NCBI GenBank assembly: GCA_040954595.2
Contig: CM082594.2
Location: 3,581,319 to 3,645,318 of the forward strand
From: Balanoglossus misakiensis
Lineage: Eukaryota > Animalia > Hemichordata
Reading direction: 5' to 3'
Length of the DNA: 64,000 nucleotides
Shown one piece after another: positions 12,190 through 25,200 of this stretch. The notes beneath the pieces were generated by a model. That model was not told the DNA's origin, did not search any database, and saw only the letters and a list, made by a program, of their open reading frames with translations. The translations under genes and the position numbers were made by a program. How positions within the stretch are numbered: the first letter of the stretch is position 1; every line of letters starts with the position of its first letter.

Positions 12190-13497
12190 AGAAAGTTATG
12201 AGGAAATACGTGTATACATTCCAAACTATGCAAATCTTCAATGGGTGTTCGCCTGAACCAACCCCATCGTAATGTCTAATTATATTAGTCGTGATTGTTT
12301 TGATCACTTTTATTTTGCAACATAACATACCAGTATTACCCGCCCCTACTGCTTGATTTTTTCAATTGTATATACACAATTGCTCAATCATTTTAAGTTT
12401 CCATTTTAAAACTGAGGTTATACTTGTACTCAAGAGATGTGTGACTGTTATTATTATTATTATTATTGCATCTTTATTTCAGATTATAAAATAATCCATA
12501 GCAAAACAAAACACCATAAAAACATCAAAACAATCGTCTACTCCAAACCTTCCAAAGTCCACTATTTGAGAACACTGATAGTGATAAAACACTGGCAACA
12601 AGTGGATTACTTGAGAGGTGGAGTCTGCTTAAAAAGCTGAATGATTTTTTCCGGAGTATTTCATCAAAAGTTAAAATAGAAAGATTAGACTTGTACAAAG
12701 CATGCATGCTTAGTGTACACGAGTGGAACTAGTGTGCCTTTGTTAATGGTATACATTAATGGTATACATGTACATGTAGCGAAAAGTAAATTGAACAGTC
12801 ATTTGTTATTAATGCAATACTAAAATAATTACCTAAAATGAAAGTTGCTAATTTTAACTGGATTGGATTGGATTGAATAAGATTCTATCACGTTACGCTC
12901 GCTTCCCATTGCAACATTTAATTTGTAACGACTTTCAATTGATTGTTAAAGTCAGTTTCACATTAAACATGCACGCTTTCATTTCTTCCAAAATAAATTG
13001 TCTTTGTTTGACAGCATTTACTAAATCAACAGCGGTTCCTTTCTTCAAATAAGTACTCAAGAAAGATGTATATATAATATTTCCTTGATATAAATATAAA
13101 TACCAAGAGAAAATGTTTATTGAAATGCTTACAGGAAATGTAGGTTTAAAAGATATTATTAACTATTCAAGTATTTTGTCAAGTATTTGAAACACACTTT
13201 GTTGACATGAGTTGTATAACATGAAATTGAAGGTAATACACTATGACCTGCATTTACTTGTTTATGGTACTCAAGAAGTGAATTTTTACATTCATCTGTG
13301 TTTTCAGTTGAATTTTTTTAAACATTTCATCAGTGAAAGTAATTATTTGTTATCTCTGACGACAGCATTATTGCTCATTCTAATTTGGTATTGTATTAAA
13401 AGCAACAACAACAATAACAGCATTACTATACGTGAATAATAATGGATCAGTATTAATTGGTTGAAACTCGTGTATTCGGATTAAAACTTGATGTTAA

Positions 13498-13528
13498 AAT
13501 AAAGTTATATATATGCTGTTTGAATAAA
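13498..13528 (+). promoter_or_regulatory. Candidate polyadenylation signals of gene A
   Basis: AATAAA at 13498-13503 and 13523-13528 followed by a GT-rich stretch; another AATAAA at 12992. The AT-rich background makes this weak. Confidence 0.3.
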
Positions 13529-15446
13529 TTATGTCTAAGGCTTGGGTTTTGCTGTTGTGACACTATTTACAGTTTATTGCATGGGTATAGTTATTGTAAC
13601 ATGGAAAAAAACTAGAAGGAACCAGTTGAAAGACCTGTCCACAGAACAGGAACCAACGAAAATGCCCAAATGTCACCGGGTAAACTTGTGTACCCAGCGA
13701 ATTCAATACAAACTACATGTATATGCAGTATGCATGCTTAGTTCGATAGGCTATGTTATCACTTTCCGGTGTTGACCCCCCCTTGTTAAGACATACGAAG
13801 TGGTAGTTCTATCGAATTAAATTTGTACCATACTAAAACGGACAATAATTTACAGTACAAATCAACTTTCAAGATACTGGAGCCCCTTGCCTGCAGAAGG
13901 ACAGTCTCGTCCTGTCAATTTAGGTCATTGTGAACGCTTACACCCTTTGTCATATATAACGACCATAACCATTGGTCCTCATAAACCAATCAGTAGAGAC
14001 GTTACAGCTAAGTGCAGTCGACGCCGACGTGAAGGGGCTTCCCCTTCTACAATGCTTTTGTTCGTGACTGACCATGGATTTATAGGCGGGGAAAAATGGG
14101 GGCTTCCCCTACCTGATGACGATCGTAAGTCTTAAATCAGCGAAAGTACGTACGTAGTGCAGCCCACAGTGCCTCAGGTGTAATAGGACTGAGACGTTTC
14201 AGATAGTTTTGGTGAACGCCTTGGAAAGCAAAACTACACATCTTCACCCAGTGTACACTTGGTTTTGCTAATATGTTTCCTTGAAAGTCAATCCAGGAAA
14301 GACTGAACGGAAATCACATTTATGTGAGATTAAACGAACGCTTTCCCGCTGTCAGTACAGCGCCTGTGTCACTACCCACACACTACAACAAGAATGTTGG
14401 GTGGTGCTAGTGCACAGTTCCACATCGTTACTCTTTCACAAAAGCCAGCCACTGAAGAGTGACAATTATATGAGGCTTGTTTGCTCGTGAGAGTAGTTGA
14501 ATGCAACGTCGTGACATGCAGAGCGCTGGATTAGAGCTAACAATGCTGCCGAGTTTAACACGACAGCCGCAAACAGCTTGTCGGGGTCAAAGTAACATAA
14601 CAAGAATTCCCCTTAAAAATTGAAGTAGGTAAAAGGGGTCACTGCAAATGTGTGAAGATGTGGTTTCATAACAGCCCAAAGCCATAAAACGTCTTCACTC
14701 AGACATTATTGGGTAGCCCGCGATTACATAATTTACATGATTAATAAAAGGGATATACATGCCTCAGTATGTTTTACACGTATATGACGAAATAAACGCG
14801 AAGAAAGAACGACAGCGCAAGCCAAGGAGGTCATCCCCGCCAGGCTTTGAACATCTTTATACGGTCTTAGTCCAACCCAGTCGAGTGTAACGCACCTCGG
14901 CAGTTGTTAATTCCTTGCCTGTACGTGTCTGTGTGCAGATACACCAGTTTGGCATTTCTGCTTGCGTGGCATTTTGCACAGAGGTGTACGGCTTGCTTAC
15001 TTACAACCCGGGGCTTACACTGAAAGTTTCAGTCTCTTGCCGATGTTCCTATTCCGCTTGTAGACAACTACACTTACATGTAGGGTACAATAGCCGCAGG
15101 TCGGTTATACAGTGAATGGTACCAGTATCAAATACCCACCTGTGAACATAATACATTCCAAAATTCAAACAAGCCCAGTGTACCATAAACGTAAACATGC
15201 TGGGTTTAGGTAAGCCGCTTGGTTTATATTGGCTGACTGACTGATTGACCGACTTACCGACCGACTGATTGACTTACTGACTGATTCATTCATTCATTCG
15301 TTCATACATTGATTAATTAAATAAACCATTCGTTCGTGTTTTCGTTCGTTTGTTCATTCATTCACATTTCTGTGAATCGAGGCTGGAATTTAATGATGGC
15401 TCATATGTTCGTTGATTTGTTAATCCATCCAACCATTCATCCATCC

Positions 15447-15703
15447 ACTCACTCACTCACTCACTCACTCACTCACTCACTCACTCACTCACTCACTCAC
15501 TCACTCACTCATTCACTCACTCACTCACTCACTCATTCACTCACTCACTCACTCACTCACTCACTCACTCACTCACTCACTCACTCACTCACTCACTCAC
15601 TCACTCACTCACTCACTCACTCACTCACTCACTCACTCACTCACTCACTCACTCACTCACTCACTCACTCACTCACTCACTCACTCACTCACTCACTCAC
15701 TCA
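15447..15703. repeat. (ACTC)n microsatellite
   Basis: About 250 bp tetranucleotide array; source of the spurious THSL ORF. Confidence 0.97.
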
Positions 15704-16546
15704 TTCGTTAGTTAGTTAGTTAGTTATTTCTGCGTCTGTGTATGGGCTATAGCCACAAACGAGGCGACTCCATCCTTAAAATGAAATCTGTACCCAAATT
15801 GTGGTTACTCCTTAGCAACTGGTCCTTTGGTGTGTCCATACACTTGTCCATGTATCTTTCCACAGCTCAAAATCTGTTGATGGCAAAATTAGCCCCAACC
15901 AACATGATGTCTTGAACATATTTCCCACAATAAAATACCAGGAAAACATTGCATGTAAATCATCTATATGTGTGCGTAATCAAATCAATCAATGTAACCT
16001 GTAAACTGTCCGTGGGACTACACGACTGAAGAATGTTGGGTGTGACCAAATAGTTCCACGTCGTTGAGCTTTCATAAGTACCTTTCATAAGTGCCTACTA
16101 TTGAACACTTCTAGCATGAACATTTACTATTTTTAAGATTTACTGAATGTAGTTTCGTGACACAGAGGCGGAAATTGTGAAACCCTGCTTGTACTTAATC
16201 ATTGGACCATTCTGGCTATGAAAAATACAGGTCCTTGCAATGTATGGATATACTGTCATCGGATAAAAGGGTATTCGTATCGGCGAAGTCTTTGATGGAT
16301 GGATTTAAAACGGGTACACGCATTTCAATGTGATGGGGCCCAGTTCTCAATACTCGAGACAATGATACCTATTCTGGCATCTCGTTACGGCCAAGATTCG
16401 AAAAGAAAATCCACAAAGCTTAATTCTTGCCAGCCTAAGGTCTGTTAGGACGACAAGCAGTTGACTTTAACACGGTAGCATCCACTTGACTATATGCACA
16501 TACATGTATATTGAGTGGATGTTTCCGCTTCGCGTCGCATTTTTAA

Positions 16547-16837
16547 AAGGACAAAGTCTTTCTCTCTCGCTGCCCCTTTTCCATAGTGCATCAACGTTTG
16601 ACTACACACAATTTCCATCCCACTTGTAGACACGAAAGTAAAAAAAAACTCGCCAAAATGAATAATCATTTTCTACTGTTTATTCATTTTGGCGAGATTT
16701 TTACTCACATATCCTTCAAACGTGATGGGAGTTGTGTGTGGTCGAATGTTGATTCACTATATATCTACATGTAGACGGGTGTCTTGTATCAAACATAAGT
16801 AATGTAAAAAGGGCAGTGAGAGAGAGACTTTGTCCCT
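16547..16837. mobile_element. Fold-back MITE with TTAA TSD (Kolobok-like purine termini)
   Basis: TTAA-AAGGACAAAGTCTTTCTCTCTCGCTGCCC ... GGGCAGTGAGAGAGAGACTTTGTCCCT-TTAA; inner arms also complementary (CTCGCCAAAATGAATAA / TTATTCATTTTGGCGAG). Confidence 0.85.
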
Positions 16838-19224
16838 TTAACAAGAAGCCTACGTATAACAATGTTTTGGTCATTTTTGCATGGTAAAGGTTAATCTAGC
16901 AAAACTGTCGGTAATATTAAGCACTAAAAGTACTTGTCTGGTTCAAAAAATTGCGAGCAGGTCCTTTTTGGCGCGCAATGCGGACAAAGGTGCTAATTGA
17001 TCGTAGATATATAGATGTAAACATACTGTTAGCAGCCAGTGGTTTTCTAGCAGCTAGTTAGATGGTACAAAGTACACATTTTCCGGAAGATCCATCCTCA
17101 AAAGGATCTTATAATCACCGAATTACTTCAGAGTTCACCAGTGGTTATTACCAGAATAGCACAATTAAACCAATTACATGAAATCAGTGCAGCATTCTTT
17201 CAATGTTGGCAAAAGAACTCTACGTCAATGAATCACCCCAACCAGGAAACTTGAACGACTTTTCCTCAAAACACTATAAGCCCCTTTCAGAACGCCTTCT
17301 ATACCTCGGGACATTAAGCATTTGTTGTAGGGGTCAAGGGCGCTAAATGCTGGTGAGTTCGAGACCCATACCTGGCAATGAGACCTTGACCAACTTGAAG
17401 GCACTTTACTTCCCGTTCCTTCAAGATTTCATTGCTTCACCTCTTTATATTTAGTGGTGGGTATAAATCTGTATGTAAACCCAATGGATTAACGAACAGA
17501 ATAAATGTGCGTTAATAGTCCACTCATGCAATATACGCCAACGCGCTTACATGCTCAGTATCACACCCCTGTATTTACGGATACTAGAAAACATTGGATT
17601 ATGTCACAGATAAAAACTCACAAAGAGACATGTCATCATCTAAAGAGATCAGTTAACTGTGACAGCTTCCTCTTGTCCACAGGGCACATGCTTGTCAAAT
17701 TACCTTAATGATGCTCTCCCAGACCATTAATTTTCACCGGTAAGATGCCTACATAGATCATGTACAAGTGGGTTTTTTCCACATTACTGGCCAGTGAGAC
17801 TATGATATCCGTAGTCTGAGATAAAATCGGTCTCACAGTCTGTTATACTCGAAAGTTTGTGCGACACAGGCGCTGATTGAATCTTCTATGACTAGTGTGT
17901 GTGGGTTGATATCCAGAGGAGCAATAGAGCTTTGGTATATAGATGCGGATTCGTTGGTCAGAAACGGTGGCAAGGGTCCAATTCTGAGGTAATGCAGCCT
18001 TCCCGTTACGGGGTCGCTTCCGTAGTGTAAGCATGGTTATGCATTCTCGACAGGGAGCAATGCAGTGCTTGTTGTGTGGCTATGCCCTGTGGTATTTGAT
18101 ACTTTTCCCCACTGACCCAAATTGAAACCGCTGCCTAACCACACGTTCTATTCCACCGATGTAACCATGGCTACTCGTTCTGCTGACAGGTAATTTGTAT
18201 AACAGTTAACACGCGTCCACAAAAGCAAATTAGCGCACGCTTAAGCAACCCAAGCAAATTCTCAAGAGTCACCCAGTGTGATAATGCAATAAATTACGAC
18301 TGATCGAACCACAGACGTTGAAGACGACCGTAGTGTCATCGTACCTAGACAGGGCATATTCTGTACTACATTGTATCATTGTCATTATGTCTTTACATAG
18401 TCTCGTCGTCATCTTCATTCGCAGGTAGTTGTTCTGGCTTTCTTTGTGGCGGCTTTGCATCAAAAGGAAGTTTTTCTGTTGTGGGACGATAATTCATTAT
18501 TCGATCGTCGACCACTTCAGTGACTAATCGCTGTCACTTTTGGATTTGTCCATAAAGCACCCTGAAACAGTCCATGTTATGCTATTCGTAGAGACATTCA
18601 TATCGAGTGATGCAATAGATCGGTTGTGGATAATTGACCCCATGGCCCGGGCGGGATCCACTGGCAAGAAGAGTGAAATTAATCATACATTGGGACATCG
18701 ACACGCCAATTCATGCGCAGCAATGGTTATTCCATCCTGTTTATATGCAGTACATGTACTTGGTTGCGCAATTTTTGCACGACCAAACATTAAATTCGGA
18801 TTTTACTCAAGGAATGGGCAAAATATTATAAAATCGGGAATGTTTTTATAACGGCGTTAAAACTTGCCAACAGGAGGGAATGGTGAATGGTGTCGCTTGC
18901 GGCTCTGGGTTCATTTATACGTCTCGCACAGTGTTCACAAGAAAGTCATTTCAGGTGAAGTGAATGCAAACAATGGTAACAAAGAAAGTGTCAACAGACG
19001 AAACTTTGTTGACAATCGCCAATAGCCATTGGTCCTTGAGGACAGGACACATAGATCATTCACTGGAGGAGAAGGGGGGCAGCGACGTTGACCCGAGTCG
19101 TATATGCCAGCCGTGGGTGTGGTGTACGACTTCAGACAAAGCCGGTCCTGTAACCAACATCGGCGCATCGAGTACATTGAGCAGGATATTACTTGAACTG
19201 GCCACGGTGACGGGCATACGAATT

Positions 19225-19294
19225 ATGACGCCTTCGGGAGCCTTCGGCTTACTTTGTGCAATAACGGCCGTGATCAGCATGTCGTGTACCACGG
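19225..19294 (+). CDS. Gene B first coding exon: signal peptide
   Basis: [23 protein letters not shown] + G|gtaagt (consensus donor, phase 1), which joins the phase-1 acceptor at 25031 in frame. Confidence 0.7.
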
Positions 19295-22200
19295 GTAAGT
19301 TGCATGTCTACGAAATTTGACCCAATATAGTCTGAACTTCTCTTTGCCACTAGCAAAGTGTTTTTTTTAATGTCAGAAAATTCTTATAGGTATCGCGACG
19401 GTCATCCGTTAGTTGCCACGTGAGGTGAGATTTCACACGACAGATAATTTTTTTTATCTAAGCGTCAATAGTTTAGTTTAACTAAACGGTTTCAAATTCT
19501 TCGAGTTGGACACTCTGAAGACCAAACAGGCTTCTCATGATAAAATTAGTTATATATATAATTATAATAATATAAAATTAGTTATTAGCTTTGACGCTGC
19601 CATGCTCTTACATCGTGTCCCTCTAAGCTGAAGTGCACACCCAGACAGAATCAATAAAACGAAACCAACCACAAATTCACATGCTACATAAAATGCACAA
19701 AAAAAAACGAAAATAAATCACTAGTTGTTACGATCCCCTTTAAATCTAGATGCCATTTGACCAGAATTCGTGTTACGCCTGCACCCAAAGCATTAATGTA
19801 GCTTGGTTACCATTCAGTCTTATAGACCCACGCCATTTTGGAAAATGACAAAGGATTGCTATTGTTGCCGCCTCATCCAATTTACCGAATACTTGTTCTA
19901 TTTAACTCGTGTGACACGCTGATATTGAGAACATCTAATTTCTAAATTTTATCACCTTTTCAGGTTTTTTTCTTCATATTTTCGTGCGAAACATTGACGA
20001 GTAGGACGCGCGCAATTCGCTTGGGTCACGCTCGGGCTGTCGCACTTCCGTTGGTCATGCGTTCCTATGAATGAGCTTGTGGAACGTTACCTGGAATCGG
20101 TCATTCAATTCAATGGAGTCAGAGAGACTGGCACAATGGCAAAGGGACTAGCCAATTTTCTTGGCTTGGGGTCGGTGGGATTGTTGGGGACACCCTGTAA
20201 TGCTCGATATGGGGGAGGGTGGGGGGGGGGGGTTAAAGGGTTCTTGGCCGTGAGCGAGTCATAACAAACTAGTCAACAATTACATCAAGCGAACACCTTT
20301 GCACAGTTTAGTACTTGAACTAATGTCCAAAACGGCCCAAGCGGTTGCCGACAGCTGACAATCATAAACCAGTATTTTTTAATTAGTTAAATTATATTCC
20401 TCCATAATTCCTTTCTACTGAATACAGAAAAATTAATGCATATATTGTTTTGAAAATAATATATCATTATTTCTTTAATTTAGGCATCGTAAATAATACA
20501 AATGCTCTAACTTCTGAGGGGGCCAAGCCTCATCTAGAATATCCTATTGTTGCCATTGTTCTGGGGAATGACAGTTTATTAAGCCATTTTAAGTTACAAA
20601 ATAGCCCGGCTCCCGTAGGGATGATGATCACCAGACCATCACATTGTACCATTCTCCAGTGAGTCAGTATTCTGTAAATTGGACATTGCAACTTAATTCA
20701 CCCCACAATTACCAATACCCATACGTTGAACAGTAGTTATATTTCGTGCATCAATGGTATTTGTATTACATTATCTCCCTATCAATAGGAACATGAATGT
20801 TCTGGCGAGGAAAGTGTTGGAAGGTGGGGATTCCGCTATTTTTTGAAATTTATCATGGGATCGCTCTCTTTTACTTTTTCGATAGTGTCCGAGTCGATGA
20901 CTTTTTGACACAGACCGAAGCAAACCCCTCGAACTCCCCCCCCCCCCCGGCCGAAAAAAAACTGACCAGTCCCTTAAAAGGTCCAACTGGCCACTTAGCC
21001 TTGGCCGAGATGACCATGAAACTATATCCCTGCTCGCACGCTGAACAAAGCTGAACGTGTCACGCGACACGAATCACAAAAAATGCTTATGTGCGAAAAT
21101 GCACAGTAGCTTCCGCGTGGTGACGCAGAACGTACCCGGCAGAATTCTGGCCCCAATATTTTAACTTCAATGTAAAACTACCTATGCATATTAAAACGTG
21201 TCAAAATCGCAAATTATTGACAAAATTTCTACAATGTTTTTATTTTGTTTGTGCTGAGGTCACAGTGAAGTGACGGTTAAGGGATCTGTTATCCCGCTCC
21301 TCGAAAAATACAAATAATTAATTGTAATAACCAGGGAAAACAACACATACAATAATATAACAAAATACACAAAATAACCATGATAATACCAAACGTTAGC
21401 GATTCCCCTTTAAGTATCTGGGTGTAGATCATATGCAGATATATTTAGAGTTATGCATGTACTAACATATACTGTCTTATATTACTTTACGGATCAGAAG
21501 TAGTGTTTTGTTCCACCGAAGAAATGACCTCGGACTTTATTACGCTACGACACTCTCGATGCACAATGCCCATCACGGTAGAATAACATATCGTGACTTC
21601 CGGGTTGAAGGACCCCCCCCCCCCCCCCCCGCCATCGCAAAGAATTGTTCGACATTTCAGATTACGATAGAAAATAATCAAGACGTCCGTTTAAAACCTC
21701 TTTTTTATAGATATCGTAGGTTAAACCTGGTGCAATTTTCACTGCCGCCACTCAAAAATGCAGAACTCGACGCGGTAAAACTTTGCTTGAAGTACTATGA
21801 GATTAATTAAAGGGATGGGCCCGTTTTACAGTGTTCGTAATCAACATGTTCACAGTTTAGGGACTACCCAACGCTCAAAGTGCGCACAAATGTGTCAAAT
21901 TGACAAAAACAGTTAACCGTCCAGGCAAAATAATCAACAAGTGTCACCCGATCTGGGCGTATTTAGCGCCACCAAAAACTCTCAATCTCACTGTAGAGAT
22001 GCGTGTCATTTAAAGCATGTTCCGACTCTTCCCGGACACTTGGTCTTCTTCTGGTCGGTTTTCTGTGGCCGCCAGGTGCAGAACAGTCGAACCGGTCCAT
22101 CTGGTCCGGGACTAGTATACCTAATGTTAGGTATATTCGTCTCAGATCTGGTCTAGCGCAAGTGAAGCGAAAGACAGTAAAGCGACCGCAATAAACTTCT

Positions 22201-25200
22201 TGAAGTCGCCCTCAATATTGCGTACATACCGCAAATATTTACAAAGTGGGAGTGCCCGGTGCTTAAATGGTTTTATGTCATACTCAACGTTCGATGTGAC
22301 CAGGTTGCAGTAATTGATGTGTAAAGACGGACCTGGTACCTAGACGAGGGTTTTGTGAGATGATTCACGGGAACGGCGACCCACCTGACTGTGTGCGATG
22401 GTTTCAACTTAAAAAAACAGGCTTGGTCCTAGTTTCCCCGCTCGAAAGTGCAGAAAACCTGTTTCATATTTATTTATTTATTTCTTACGACAAGAGTGTG
22501 TTTAACTCCCAAATAGCCTCAACAAGATGAACAATATGGCACTATAATAATTGTAATCAAATGTCCCGGAAATAAGAAGAAAGGCGAAAAATTAAGACAA
22601 ATAAATCTTGTTTGGAGATGTTTACGAACTTTTATTGTCAATGGAACGAGCGCCTATAAACCAATTCTCAGTTTGGTTTTGAAGTACCAGTGTAGTTGTA
22701 AACGACAATCTGTCGACCGACCTTTCTCGATTACCGCAGTTCATGTCGTGACCCTAACGCTACATTGTTGGCGATTCATTTATTCATGTTGGAAACCTGA
22801 AACTATTCATCACGAAATCGGCGACGTCGTAAACTTGTGAGAACTGGGCTGCCTTTGACAAAACTCGGCCAACCGCAATAACTGCATTTGACACCACAAG
22901 TCAGGTGGCTACGAGGTTTCGTCTACGAGACAGAACCTGTAGACATATGCCTACTAAGTCGTTCAGCGAAAATAAACTTAGAAGAGATTCCGCGGTCTCC
23001 TCGCATACTGTATACATGAGTGTGGCAAATCACCTTGTCGCCTATCAATCGTGTCGATGTTTATTAAAATTGAATCAATTCTGGGCATTGTTGTTTCATT
23101 CTATAGAATTCTGTTTACTGCAAAAACGCCTGCAAGCCGTCGTATCGGCTCACGATTTTAAATGAAGACGACGTCACACATGGACAGCCATTGGTGTTGT
23201 TATGGCATCTGGTATTTGAAATGTAGCTGTGTGTGCGCATTCTGGTAAAATGTGTCTTCAGGAACACTTGGTCTCTTGCTCCCCACGAAGCATTTTGAAG
23301 TATACTTTTATTCGCTTTCACTTTAAAGCAGCATTTGCATGGAAAAATAAAATCTGAAACTTTATCTTATATTTCGCCCAAGGCAGCTTTAAATTATCCT
23401 CTCTTAAAATAAAGAATAACAATGGAGTCACTTTGCAAAATTTTGAGCGCACTTCTTCTCAGATTTGGAATTCAAATTGGCTGCCAATGTCTGTGTTAAT
23501 TCATTGGAGAAAAGTGTAGGTATTTTATGAAGCTAGACAGTGAACTCCATGTTTTCTTCTTTAATTTCAAAAAGAATTCCTACACATGTTCATAAAGCAG
23601 ATAATTGAAACAACAGGTCGATCATTCTTTTGAGAGTCTGTCTCCAAGACGCGTGACAAATCCCATGCTGTCAAATCAGTGTACATGGGCACTCTCCAGG
23701 GTGACCCCAATTCTCGCAGTGAATTTGAAAAATCGATTTACTTGCGCCCACTCGTGTCATTTCAATACTCGACAACCGAAGCAAAAACAAAACCACTATT
23801 GTGAAGGAGAAAGAATGGCCTCCCGCTATAGAATTGCTGAAAAGGAATGGTTAGTAACCAAGGCGCGCCTATACTAGGTGCTTGTCGTGCACAGTGTAGC
23901 CGTACGTGAATCACATTTAAATGACACATCGGCCATCTTGGCGGGGGGGGGGTGCAAACACAAGAAACTGTGGCTGTGTCTCCCTTACCCCGGTGACTAC
24001 GTCATGTCTCGGCGCTGCCGACGGCTGACGTTCGACCGGGCTTCGTTGAATCACGATACGTGATTTGAAGAACAGAAATGTGAACATGCACTTGTGTACT
24101 ACTTAAGTGTTCGATTACTTTATTATAACCTACTGCCCTGCAACTGGTCGTCTCCAGCGTGACGTTCGCGCCTCCTCTCATTCCTAACTCAAACTTCAAC
24201 TTAAAAGTTCATAAGAAATTGAACTTAAGCTCTCTCAAAATTTAAATGAACAGTTCACATCTCTACAAGTGTAATTATATGAGACTTGGCACACTCATAA
24301 ATGGCTTGCTGCCTGTGTGAAAGAGTCGCACCGACTTGGTAATATGCAAAATAAATTAGTACAGAATTATGGTGGAAAGGTTGGTTGACCTCGAAATAGC
24401 GCCGTAGATATGTTCACATCAAGTGTCCGTAATGATAATTTTGTGTTGAAGACGCATACTTCCGCAATGCCCCCGTTTCACATGTCAACTAAATCCTCAA
24501 TAATATTTACACACACTTTGGTCACCATGCACTGGTATGTCTTTATATACACAGGTGAAAGGAATAAAGTCACTCGTTTTAACCCCCGTTGCCACACAAT
24601 GTGGTTTCTGTCGCAGCAGTGTCTGTCTGTCGATGTCCCGATATCCGTCTGTGAAATGACGGACCAAAGAAGGACCTTACTTTACATATACATTGTACAG
24701 GTATTAATAATACCTGAGTAGCTTAACCAAACAAACTTCAACTTGCATCAAATCTGACGGAGCATGTGAAATAAGAACAGAGGGCGCTGTAAGCTAATGC
24801 GTTCATTGTGTCAGGGAGCCCAGTTGCTAACTTTCACTGTAAACCATTCAAAAAGACACAGCTCTCCTATGAGTCCTAACATTTCACTAAAAGAGTAAAA
24901 TTATTCAAACATTTCTTTGTAATACATCCTTTCTGAAAACCTCAAAATGAGTCAACATTCCTGGCTTATGAAATGTGTGTGGTATAGTTCTCTGGTTCGA
25001 ATCCAATAAAAACAAAATGATTTTCAACAGTACTAACAAAGCCTCCAACAACTGTCCTTACAACAGAAGGGGCGACAACTGTCCTGACAACAGAAGGGGC
25101 AACAACTGTCCTGACAACAGAAGTGGCGACAACGGAGCCTCTTGCAACAACTGTCCTGACAACAGAAGGGGCGACAACTGTCCTGACAACAGAAGGGGCG

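Noticed and set aside
15336-15719. ORF with (THSL)n
   Set aside because: Translation of the (ACTC)n microsatellite.
14150-16170. Similar segments at about 14360-14440 and 16005-16080 (AAGAATGTTGGGTG...AGTTCCAC.TCGTT)
   Set aside because: Probably decayed copies of a dispersed repeat, but ends and TSDs could not be defined, so not annotated.
17320-17380. tRNA-like segment (GGTCAAGGGCGCT...GTGAGTTCGAGACCCATACCTGGCA)
   Set aside because: Has A/B-box-like words but no complete cloverleaf or anticodon arm; at most a decayed tRNA-derived SINE head.
12437-24721. Numerous 60-120 aa ORFs in the intergenic region and intron 1
   Set aside because: No recognisable domains or consistent exon chains, apart from the signal-peptide exon at 19225; expected by chance.
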